From Chiloscyllium plagiosum (lineage: Eukaryota), in the NCBI RefSeq assembly GCF_004010195.1, contig NC_057718.1, positions 9,538,655 through 9,586,831 on the forward strand: a stretch of 48,177 bases of DNA, in the 5' to 3' direction. Under the pieces are notes generated by a model. The model was given only the letters and a program-made list of their open reading frames with translations, was not told where the DNA came from and searched no databases. A program made the position numbers and the translations under genes. Below are positions 24,896-35,617 of this stretch, one piece after another (the first letter of the stretch is position 1; the number at the start of each line of letters is the position of its first letter).

Positions 24896-25899
24896 ACAGC
24901 AAACCTTCCCTTAACCAGCACCCTCGATAAACCAGCCAAGTATTTTTATACCTCAAATATTTCAAAGTTTACTATATTATTCTGTCCAATTGTTAGAATT
25001 ATATTTTTATTACCTCAGTGTAAATATGTGCGTGGCTCAATCAGGTGGTTAGACCACTTTTGGAATACAGCATTCAATCCTGGTCTCCCTGTTACAGGAA
25101 GGATGTCATGAAACTTGAAAGGAGATCAGAAAGGATTTACAGGAATGTTGCCAGGGTTGGAGGGTATGAGCTTTCCCTAGAGCATCAAAGGTTGAGGGGT
25201 GACCTTACAGAGGTTATAAAATCATGAGAGGCATGGATAGGATGAATAGACAAAGTCTTTTCCCCAGGGTGGGGGAGACCAAATCTCGAGGACATAGGTT
25301 TAAGGTGAGAGGGAAAAGATTTGAAAGGGACCAAAAGGACAGATTTTTCACGCAGTGGTTGGTGTGTGTATGGAATGAGCTGCCAGAGAAAGTTATGGAG
25401 GCTGGTACAATTACCTTTAAAAGGCATCTGGGTGGGTAACATGAATAGGAAGGATTTAGAGGGATATGGACCAAATGCTGGCCAACGGGACTAGATTAAT
25501 TTAGGATATCTGGTCCACATGGACAAGTTGGACTGAGGGGTCTGTTTCTGTGCTTTACAACTCTATAACTGGCCAGACAAAATATCAATTTCGTGTTGAT
25601 TCACTTTTGAGTCAATTTCTCCTCAAACACCACAATCTACCAAGATGTCTGAGTAGTCAATGATGGGGTGTGTGAGAAGGGTCTGTGTCGGTAAGTTTAT
25701 TTAAGGTAAGGTTGCATTATTGTTTAAGTGATTGGCGCCGTAAATAAAGAATAACAATGACGTGTATACCCCACTCATTACATTTCTATTAATCAGAGTG
25801 CGTGTTTACATTGGTTACATGGCCCTTGTGATTATCCGAACTATCTGATCAACCAGTACACTCCTGGTCCCACTGGCATCTATTCACAGGTTTTCTGTA
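24896..25899. mobile_element. MITE-like repeat copy 2, split by a CR1 3' fragment (25045-25570, +)
   Basis: Halves match 5580-5918 and the right end is ...ttttctgta. The inner CR1 encodes VRPLLEYSIQSWSP...KSRGHRFKVRGKRF. Confidence 0.6.
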
Positions 25900-25964
25900 T
25901 TTGTGTTCGTTTTTGTGTGCCTTTTCAATGTCAGGACAGCCCCAAAGCCAAGTTCACAGAATCA

Positions 25965-26205
25965 CAAAATAAAGCAAAAGAACTGCGGATGCTGGAAACC
26001 TGAAACAAAATCCAATATTGCTGGTGAAACTCATGAGGTCTGGCAGCATCTGTGGAGAGAGAGAAAGCAGAGTTCATGTTACCAGTTGAGTGACCCTTGC
26101 GCGGACGAAGGGGTCCCTGGACTCAAAACGTTAACTCTGCTTTCTCTCCGCAGGTGCTGCCTGACCTGCAGAGTTTCTCCAGCAATTTCTGTTCTTGTTT
26201 CACAA
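25965..26205. mobile_element. Palindromic Penelope pLTR-derived insertion (family B)
   Basis: Inverted arms with degenerate hammerhead GGACGAAGGGGTCCCTGGACTCAAAACGTTAAC. Single arms at about 3605-3700, 18735-18830, 21640-21775 and 23648-23700. Confidence 0.75.
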
Positions 26206-29200
26206 AATCAAGTAAGTGTTTACAGCACAGGAGGAGGCCATTTGGCCCAGGGTACTGGCGCTCATTAAATAGACATCATTATCTGGTCGCAAACTGCTGC
26301 TTTCTCCCCATACCCTTGCACAATAATCCAAAATAATCAGCCAATGGCCCTCTCGAATGCTTCAATTGAACCCCTGGCTGACTTGATTGGTCTACGATCA
26401 AGCCTAGGCTAAACTCCACTCTCTGTTAATGCACGGTGATTCTGAAATATTGCCCAATAATGCAGGCTTACAATTGTGAAAGACTGGGGAAGTTTCTAGC
26501 TAACTGTGCTGCACTCTCCCAGTTGGGTATTTCCCTGACAGTAATATGCAGTGACAAAGCATGCAGAAAAAGTAGACCATCCTGAGTCCCATGGAGAAGG
26601 TGCAGTCAGACAAGTGCGAGCTGCAGTTTAGCGCTAACCAGCACCGACCATCCTGACAGTCAGTCCATGGATACCGTCCCTCATCCAACTCAAAGCTCTT
26701 CCCATAGTCGGGAAGTCCAACAGCCCCATTCCCAACTCCCCCACAGCTGCTCACTATTGGATTCAAACACAAGCAGAAACGTAGCTGGGGGGGGTACCAC
26801 AGTGACAGAGCAGCTCCCGGAAGAAGCAGCAAAGCATTCCGAAAGTTTTCCAGGTGGATCTCAGCAATTGTGGCCTGTTCGTACAATACAGCAGCCATAC
26901 ACGCATCCAAATTTGGAGCAGGAATAGGCCACTCTGCCATTGGATCAACCATGTCTGATTTGATTACTCCATATTTCTGCTATATGACCCCCCGCCCCCA
27001 TAGTCTTTCACCCAACCATGCTTACCAAGAGTCCACGTCTGTTTTAGATATTCAAGGACTCTGCTTTCCCTGCCTCAGACTGATCACCCTCTGAGAAAAA
27101 AAAAAGTTCATGCTTTAAATGAGCTCCCATGTAATTTTAAACAGTGAGCCCCCCCCCCCATTCTATATTCTCCAACAATAGGAAACATCCTCGTCACACA
27201 CTGTCAAGAGCCCTCAAGATCTTGTATGTTTCAATCAAATTACGTATCACACTTCTTAACTCCATAGATATAAGCTAACCTTTCTTCATAGCACAATCCA
27301 CCCATTCCAGTTGTTCATCTGTTAAAACCTCTGAACTGTTTCTAATGCATTCAGATCCTTCCTTAACTAAGATGACCAATTCCCTACACAGTACTCCGGA
27401 TGGGGTCACACCAGGGTCCTGTAAAAGCCAAACATAACCTTCCTGCTTCTGTATTCAATTTCCCTCGCAACTAAGCTGAGTCTCAAACTCAGACATTTAC
27501 AACTGGGAAGGAGACCATTTGGCCCATCTTATCTGTGCTGGCTGACAAGGAGCCATCCAGTCTAATCTCTCTTTCCAGTTCCTCGGTCTGTAACAGCGTA
27601 GGCTGGGGCCCATTGAATGCAGATTGCTACCACCCTCTTAGACAGTGAGTACTAGACTCTCACTACCCTCTGGGTGAAAATATTTTCCCTCAAATCGCAC
27701 CCAAACGTATCATTCAAAACCCCTCCCTCTCTTCCGCCAACACCTCCCCCACCCCAGCTATGCCCTGTTGACCATGTGCTTCATCACAATGCAGCTCTTG
27801 ACCACTCTAATCGAGACCACCCATTTTTATACACTTATGAGATTTTCCCCAGTGAACAATCGCAGCTTCTCTTATCTCCTTTAACCTGCTCCTTAAAACC
27901 AACCTCTTCGACAAAGCTCTCAGTCACTTGTGGTGGATATACGGAACGCTCTGCCCCAGGAGGCAGTGGAAGCCAAGAATCACGATCAAGAGATGGATAG
28001 AGCTCTTAAAGATAGTGGAACCAAGGGTTATGGGGATAAGGCAGGTACAGGATACTGATTGTGGATGATCAGCCATGATCATAATTAATGGTGGTGCTGG
28101 CTCGAAGGGCCGAATGGCCTATTCCTGCACCTATTGTCCATTGTCTCAAATGGCACCTTACTTGGCTTGGCAACAAATTCTGAAGTTATGAAATATCTTA
28201 GATCTTTTTAAACCACTTTAGAGATGCTATTTACGAGGCCATTCAGCCCCCCCAAAGCCCACTCTGCCATTCAATAAGATTTGGTTTTGGCCTTAACTGC
28301 ACTTTTTTTAGATTTGTTGAATCATTTGGTGCATGTGGGTGTTGCTGGCTGGGCCAACATTTATGGCCTGTCCTTAGTTGCCCCTTGAGAAGGTGGGGGT
28401 GAGCTGCCTTCTTGAACCCCTGCAGTCCACCTGCTGTGGGTTGACCCACAATGCCATTAGGGAGGGAATTCCAGGATTTTGACTCAGCGGCAGTGAAGGA
28501 ACAGCGATATATTTCCAAGTCAGGATGGGGAGTGGCTTGAAGTGGAACTTGCAGATGGGGGGTGATCTTGCATATTTACTGCCCTTGTCCCACCTGTGTC
28601 CCGTTACCCTCAACTCCCTCGGTCAGTCAAACAATCTCTGATCCTTGAATATATACACAATCCCCTGCTCTCTGCAGACAACAATTCTAAAGACCAACTA
28701 CCCCATGAGAGAAAAAAATTTCAATCTCCAATTTAAATGCTGTTCCCTCCCCCACCCGTATTCTGACACTGTCCTCTTTGGTATTAAACTTCCCACAGAG
28801 AAAAATGTGAACAATATTGACAGGTAAAGAAGATATTCTGTTCCCACTAGTTGCTATGTCAGTAACACGGGGTCACTGGCAGCAAGAGAGCTCAAGAGTG
28901 AGATGAGGAGAAACCTCTTTACTCAAAGTTGTTGGGATTTGGAATGCGCTGCCTGTGAGAGTGGTGGAGGTGGATTCCATAGGAGGTTTCAAAAGAGAAC
29001 TGGATTCATAGTTAAAACCAATGAATTTACAGGGCAATGGAGAACAGGACTAGCTGAATAGCTGGTACCGACATGGCGGATCGAATGGCCTCTTTCTGTA
29101 CTGTAAAAATTCAATGTTTCTGTGAAACCCCTTCCAGTATCTAGCCTCTCAAGTCCCCACAAAACCTTATTGTTGTTGATTTACCTGCACAGAATCTCCA

Positions 29201-30076
29201 ATGGCTGCAAAGCATTTTTGGGACATACTGAAAGTTGTGAAAGACGCTATGTAAATGCAAATCTTTCTCCCCGCTATATTAAACAATGGCAGCTACTCTA
29301 CCGGCTGTGCGAAAAGGATGTCCACTCATGGGACTTTTAGTTCATCTGAACCATCTGCAGGGCTCAGGAAAGTTTGTAACCCACAAGTTGCTGACCTTAC
29401 CCCAGCCCCAAAGCAAGAATAAGCAGTATGCTCGCCACAATTACTTTCCCCCAAGTTAGAAAAACAGGAGTGTTACTGGGACAGTGTTCCTCGTACTCTA
29501 TGAACTCTCCTGTCTGCAGAGTTTGGCTGTCACACCACATGTTGCCGCCTCCCGTTGTGGAACAGCTCGTCCGATCATCCAGAGGGTATTCTGGCTCATC
29601 CCAATAGAAATCCCGCCTTCGGGGCAGAAAGAAAAGTATTTTTCCCCCCTTAGATCTTACTGGCAAGAAGTGGGTTAAAGAGGAAATACTTGTAACTGGT
29701 TAAGATAGACATTCTCCCCAGTGGATTGATTGGCCAATCTCTCCCAATCGCATAAATAGGAGCGTGGACGGGATGGTGTTTTTGTTAGAGACAAATCACT
29801 AACCAATTTAAATACTGAACACTGTCAGAGGCCCCTAACCACAGTGATATCGGATGGAACAGGAACGCTGATATCAGAGGTTATTTGCATATTTTCCTTT
29901 TTTTAAAAAACAGCCTCACTTTGTATATTTTCCATCAAAACTGAAAGTACTTTGCAAAAAAAAGCTTCCTGCTCCGCTGTAAAATGAAAAGCGACAGGCT
30001 TTGCAAGGCTGTGACCTGCTGGACTTGGACTGGTTTAGAGGGGTTTTGTTGTTACATTCTGGTTCTGCCCTCTCAC

Positions 30077-30239
30077 CGTGATCGTTGCCTGTTTCCGACT
30101 GGCCCAAAGCAGCGCCTCCGGCCGCCGATCCTGCTGCTCCGGCCGACAAGGCGGCAGCTCCGGCCGCAGCCTCCTGCTCGTCTCCGCTGCTGTTGGTGCG
30201 CTTGTTTTTCCTGCCCTTGGCGTTCTTCTGGTTCGGCAT
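30077..30239 (-). CDS. HECA: Headcase homolog, coding exon 1
   Basis: ATG in context ggaccATGc. Encodes MPNQKNAKGRKNKRTNSSGDEQEAAAGAAA..., matching the vertebrate HECA N-terminus (MPNPKNSKGGRKNKRANSSGDEQE plus Ala/Gly-rich tract). Ends CAC G|gtgaga (phase 1). GC/CpG-rich. Confidence 0.95.
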
Positions 30240-30800
30240 GGTCCGGGGCTAATGCAGCTCCGGGCTCGGTTCATCCGCCTTGCTGAAGCTTCTCTGGCTC
30301 CCCGCTTCCCTTGTTTATCCCTATCCGCCTCTATTAATGTATATTTGTGTGTATTCCCGTCGTCACAGCGATTCTCCACCTCCCCGTCTCTGGACAGTGC
30401 AGGCAGCGCCTACGCGCTGTGCACAGAGAAGGCGTGTCTAATGGCGCCTCCCATAACCACTGCAAGAGAATAGATCAGGCTCCCTTCCCCGGGCCAACGT
30501 TCCAAACCCCAATGTATTAACGTTCCTTCCCCGGACCAACGTTCCAAACCCTAATGTATCAATGTTCCTTCCCCGGGCCAACGTTCCAAACCCTAATGTA
30601 TCAATGTTCTCTCCCTGGGCCAATGTTCCAGACCCCGATGGATCAATGTGCCGTATCCGCTTTCGCTCCAAAGATGCGACAGCATCTATTTTCCTTCCCC
30701 ATTTCGCTGAAATCACTTCGCTGTCAGCTCCTCACCTTCCTTGTCCGACTGGTTTGAGCTGCGCCAGCGCATTCCACGCAAGGATTGGTTTGCTCAGCTG
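30240..30800 (-). promoter_or_regulatory. HECA: HECA 5'UTR and promoter region with a probable non-coding leader exon (intron 30460-30735)
   Basis: CpG-rich. Strong minus-strand donor AAG|gtgagg at 30736/30735 and acceptor ctattctcttgcag| at 30460. CCAAT on the minus strand at 30784-30788. Confidence 0.55.
30483..30650. repeat. 42-bp tandem repeat (about 4 copies)
   Basis: Unit ccttccccgggccaacgttccaaaccctaatgtatcaatgtt. Appears as a 14-aa repeat (NIDTLGFGTLARGR) in the ORF track. Confidence 0.9.
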
Positions 30801-30872
30801 TCAGTCAAACGGATGTCCAGAATGGGACCTCCCCCTATGTATAAAACGGACCAGGTAGGTAAACAAGGCATG

Positions 30873-31960
30873 CAATTTCCCTTCCCACGTGGTTAAAGAT
30901 GCCCTCCAACACATCTGGTCCACATCCCGCCCCTCCGCCCTCAAACCCCACCCCTCCAACAAGAACAGATCCTCCCCCCACCCCGTGTTAACCTTCCACC
31001 CAACCAACCTTCGCATAAACCACATCTCCTTTCCACCACCTCCAAACGGACCCCACCACCAGGGATGTATTTCCCTCTCCACCCCTTTCCGCCTTCCACA
31101 AAGACCTTTCCCTCCGTGACTACCTGGTCAGGTCCACACCTCCCAACAACCCACCCTCCCATCCTGGCTCCCATCCTGGCACCTTCCCCTGCCACCGCAG
31201 GAACTGCAAAACCTGTGCCCACACCTCCTCGGAGGAGAAAGTGAGGTCTGCAGATGCTGGAGATCAAAGTTGAAACTTTATTGCTGGAACAGCACAGCAG
31301 GTCAGGCAGCATCCAGGGAACAGGAGATTCGACGTTTCGGGCACAGGCCCTTCTTCAGGTCCTGAAGNNNNNNNNNNNNNNNNNNNNNNNNNNNNNNNNN
31401 NNNNNNNNNNNNNNNNNNNNNNNNNNNNNNNNNNNNNNNNNNNNNNNNNNNNNNNNNNNNNNNNNNNNNNNNNNNNNNNNNNNNNNNNNNNNNNNNNNNN
31501 NNNNNNNNNNNNNNNNNNNNNNNNNNNNNNNNNNNNNNNNNNNNNNNNNNNNNNNNNNNNNNNNNNNNNNNNNNNNNNNNNNNNNNNNNNNNNNNNNNNN
31601 NNNNNNNNNNNNNNNNNNNNNNNNNNNNNNNNNNNNNNNNNNNNNNNNNNNNNNNNNNNNNNNNNNNNNNNNNNNNNNNNNNNNNNNNNNNNNNNNNNNN
31701 NNNNNNNNNNNNNNTTGTACTCTTTGCTACCTTCCCCCACCCTCCTCTCTGACCTATCACCTCCATCCCCACCCCCATTCATCTATTGTACCCTATGCTA
31801 CTTTGTCCCCACTCCTGCCACCCTTTCATTTATCTCTCCACCCTGCAGGCACCCTGCCTCTATTCCTGATGAAGGGCTTTTGCCCGAAACGTCGATTTTC
31901 CTGCTCCTCTGATGCTGCCTGACCTGCTGTGCTTTTCCAGCACCACTCTAATCTAGACTA
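30873..31960 (+). mobile_element. Penelope-like element (family A) inserted in the HECA promoter, 16-bp TSD
   Basis: Flanked by aggtaaacaaggcatg at 30857-30872 and 31961-31976. ORF remnant PVLTFHPTNLRINHI..SLRDYLVRS..PGTFPCHRRNCKTCAH. Inverted pLTR at 31231-31367. Intact hammerhead at 31866-31893. Confidence 0.9.
31368..31714. other. Assembly gap (N run)
   Basis: 347 N bases. Confidence 1.
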
Positions 31961-32315
31961 AGGTAAACAAGGCATGTTTCACAGACAGCAGGCTTCTGGT
32001 CTGAGCATGTTTTCAACAGGTGGTTGCATTTTACGCCAACTATTCTCTGATACATCCACCCCGATGGATTTAGTTCAGTAAGGCACATTTTTAACGCTAT
32101 GCTTCCTTCGTAAAATTGAGGGAAATATATCCTTCAATGTCGGCATAAAGTGCAAGGCATATAGGTTTCTAACAATACAGTATGATCCTCACTACGTTTA
32201 CAATAATGTTTATTATTTGACATACTCATTAGATGTTCAACATACATTCTAAAGCATTTAGCACAATTTCATTAAAAATCCCACAGTATACAAGCAGGCC
32301 ATTCAGCTCAACAAG

Positions 32316-32497
32316 ATTAGAGTGGTGCTGGAAAAGAATAGCAGGTCAGGCAGCATCCGACAATCAGGAAAATCGATGTTTTGGGCAAAAGCTCTTCATC
32401 AGAAATGCTCATGGATGCTGCCTGACCTGCTGTGCATTTCCAGCACTACTCCAATCTTGACTCTAATCTCCAGCGTCTGCAGTACCCACTTTCACCT
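32316..32497. mobile_element. Palindromic family A insertion within an HE1 SINE tail, 15-bp TSD
   Basis: attcagctcaacaag at 32301-32315 and 32498-32512. The host SINE continues to about 32788 (minus). Confidence 0.85.
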
Positions 32498-33038
32498 ATT
32501 CAGCTCAACAAGTCCACCCAGACCTACCCCACCCGTTACCCTGCATTTCCCATGACTTATGGATTTAGCCTGCACATCCCTGGACACTAGAGGGCAATTT
32601 AATATGGTAAATTCACCTGAACTGCACATCTTTGGATTGTGTGAGGAAACCAGAGCACCCAGAGAAAAACCACACAGACAGGGGGAGGATGTACAAATTC
32701 CACACAGAGAGTCACCCAAGACTGGAATTAAACTGGGTCTCTGGCACTGGGAGGCAGCAGAGCTAACCACTGAGCCACCATGCCACCCTTTTCCAGCCCA
32801 TCTATACTCTAAAGAACCTTAGATAGTGTTCTTTCCACATTGCCCCTTTGGAGCACTGGCCCCAAGCTCAGTGCATCCCCCGATACATTTTTCTAGGCCT
32901 TGGACTGTGCTAGTGTGCAACACTCCGAAATCACAGGCTGTATGTTCCAGAGAAGATTGGACATAAAATGTAAATATACATTGTTAATGTAACCTGTTGT
33001 GGTAAGTGTAGTAAGGGACTTAATGCACTGTCATTTTA

Positions 33039-33317
33039 GATTAGATTACTTACAGCGTGGAAACAGGCCCTTCAGCCCAACCAGTCCACACTGACCCTCC
33101 GATGAGTAACCCACCCAGACCCATTTCCCTCTGACTAATGCACCTAACACTATAGGCAGTTTACCATGGCCAATTCACCTGACCTGCACATCTTTGGACT
33201 GTGGGAGGAAACCCACGCAGACACAGAGAGAATAGGCAAACTCCACGCAGACAGTCACCCAAGGTTGGAATTGAACCTGGGACCCTGGTGCTGTGAGGCA
33301 GCAGTGCTAACCACTGA
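33039..33317 (-). mobile_element. HE1-type V-SINE
   Basis: V-domain and tail on the minus strand. Confidence 0.88.
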
Positions 33318-33618
33318 GACAAGTCAGTATTGCACTATATGTGTTTCTTTATTCTTTTATTGAATGTGGACCGTGCTGGTAAGGCCAGCATTTGTTGCCT
33401 GTCCCAAACAATACTTCAAGTGAATGACTTGCTAGGCCATTTCACAGGACAGTTAGGAATCAGTCACGTTGCTTTGGATCTGGAGTCACGTGTAGGCCAG
33501 ACCAGATGAGGACGGCAGATTTTCTTTTCCGAAAGGACATTAGTGGAACCAATTGGATTTTTACAAGAATTGACAACAATTTCCTGGTTACCATCAAACT
33601 AGGCTTTAATTCCAGATT

Positions 33619-33717
33619 CTGGATCAGTGGTGCTGGAAGAGCACAGCAATTCAGGCAGCATCCAACGAGCAGCGAAATCGACGTTTCGGGCAAAAGCCCT
33701 TCATCAGGAATAAAGGC
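33619..33717 (-). mobile_element. Family A pLTR insertion with intact hammerhead motif, 13-bp TSD
   Basis: ttaattccagatt at 33606-33618 and 33718-33730. Minus strand reads ttcCTGATGAAGGGCTTTTGCCCGAAACGTCga. Confidence 0.85.
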
Positions 33718-34066
33718 TTAATTCCAGATTTATTAATTGAATTCAAGTTTCTAACAATTCAGCATGTTGCTCACTGCATTTACTGCCAAGGTGAGATTCA
33801 AACCTGGACAATTGACCCAGGTATCTGGTTCACTAATGCAGTAATGTTACCACATTGGCACTGCCTCCCTCATTGTCAAGGGAAATAAATTGAAGTTGAA
33901 ATATTTTGTAACATACTTTTACAAATTTAATGAAGTCCATATACTTTGGGGAAAGGAATGTGTCTTTCTGAGCTGCAAAAGTAAACAAATTTGGGACAAA
34001 ACCCTGAAATGTGAACTGGTTCTCTCTCTACAGATGTGTTGAATATTTCCAATATTTTCAGTTTTT

Positions 34067-34175
34067 ATGGATGTAGGTTTGCTCGCTGAGCTGCAAGGTT
34101 CATTTTCATTTGAAAATGAACCTTCCAGCTCAGAGAGCAAACCTACATCCAGAGCCTCAACCTGAGCTACAAATC
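34067..34175. mobile_element. Family C mini-palindrome nested in a family B copy, 10-bp TSD
   Basis: Hairpin tggatgtaggtttgctcgctgagctg...cagctcagagagcaaacctacatcca. ttcagttttt at 34057-34066 and 34176-34185. Confidence 0.8.
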
Positions 34176-34712
34176 TTCAGTTTTTGTTTCAGGTGTACAT
34201 TACACATTTTTCTTCTGTCAAAAAGCTACAGCAATGGATCTCAACACACATACACATAGGAGTATTTAAACAGCACTTTTACTGGAATGTCAGGCTTGTG
34301 AGGAAAGTGGATTTTTTAGGGTTGGTGGAGAGTACAATATATGAAGAATAGTCTTACAATCCCTGCAGGGAGCAGATTTGCCAAAACAGCCCCACTGAAG
34401 AAATTACGATTCCTCTTCTGTAAAGTGAATGAGAACAGACACAACTTGCACAAGAATTAACAAATAATAATTCAAATGTTCACTTTACATTTTCAACAAA
34501 ACAATATCTTATGCAATGACAAGATTTATATATAGCATTCTGTAAGTCCACAGGATGCTGCTCTTTATTCAGTTTCCACCTCAAAGTTTCACGAATACAA
34601 TTCTTTTCATAGAATCCCTACAGTGTAGAAACAGGCCATTTGGCCCAACAACTCCACACCAACCCTCTGAAGAGTATCCCACCCAGCCCCATTCCCTATT
34701 ACTCTACATTTG

Positions 34713-35457
34713 GAAGTGGCTAATCTGTGAAGTGTGATGTTATTGGTTGGTTCCTTGGAAAGAAATGCTGAAAAAGACTGTTGTGACCTGAGGGAGAGAG
34801 CGTTCACAGAAATGATGTGGGTGGCACAGTGGCTCAGTGGTTAGCACTGCTGCCTCACAGTGCCAGGGACCCAGGTTCAATTCCAGCCTTGGGTGACTGT
34901 CTGTGTGGAGTTTGCACATTCTCCCTGTGTCTGCGTGGGTTTCCTCTGGATGCTCTGGTTTCCTCCTACAGTCCAAAGATGTGCAGGTTAGGTGAATTGG
35001 CCATGCTAAATTGCCCATAGTGTTAGGTGCTTTAGTCAGAGGGAAATGAGTCTGGATGGGTTTCTCTCTGGAGGGTCGGTGTGGACTGGTTGTGTCGAAG
35101 GGCCTGTTTCCACACTGTAGGTAATCTAATCTAATGTCCCTGACTAATGCATCTAACCTGAACACTATGGGCAATTTAGCATGGCCAATTCACCTAACCT
35201 GCACAACTTTGGACTGTGCGAAGAAACCCACGCAGACACGGGAAGAAAGTGAAAACTCCACACAAACAGTCACCCGAGGGCGGAATCGAATCCAGGTCTC
35301 TGACACAGTGAGGTAGCAGTGCTAACCACTGAGCCAACATATCACCCACATCATTTCTGTGAACTCACTCTCCCTCAGGTCACAACAGCCCACAGAGCGG
35401 AGCTTTTCAGCATTCCTTTCCAACCAATAACATCACACTTCACAGATTGGCCACTTC
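34713..35457. repeat. About 750-bp imperfect palindrome: non-SINE flank plus HE1 SINE duplicated in inverted orientation
   Basis: 34713-34817 and 35346-35457 are reverse complements outside the SINE. SINE copies at 34818-35133 (+) and 35136-35345 (-). Confidence 0.85.
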
Positions 35458-35617
35458 TAGATAAACACCCAACTCTTCAAGGTGATCACATAACTTTCCA
35501 GACCTGAGACTTTTTTAATTTAGCTCACAGAATACTTTCAAGGGTCCTGTCTCCTTTTCCACCAAATAGGAAAAGCCGATCTCTTCCTGAGAATGATTTG
35601 CGTTCTCTCCTCACAAG

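Noticed and set aside
24241..24914. Long alternative-frame and antisense ORFs over exon 2
   Set aside because: Expected by-product of high GC3 in a coding exon. No recognisable protein.
30483..30650. CRISPR-like appearance of regular repeats
   Set aside because: Head-to-tail units with no unique spacers, in a eukaryotic context.
31254..31922. ORFs spanning the N run
   Set aside because: Artefacts of the assembly gap.
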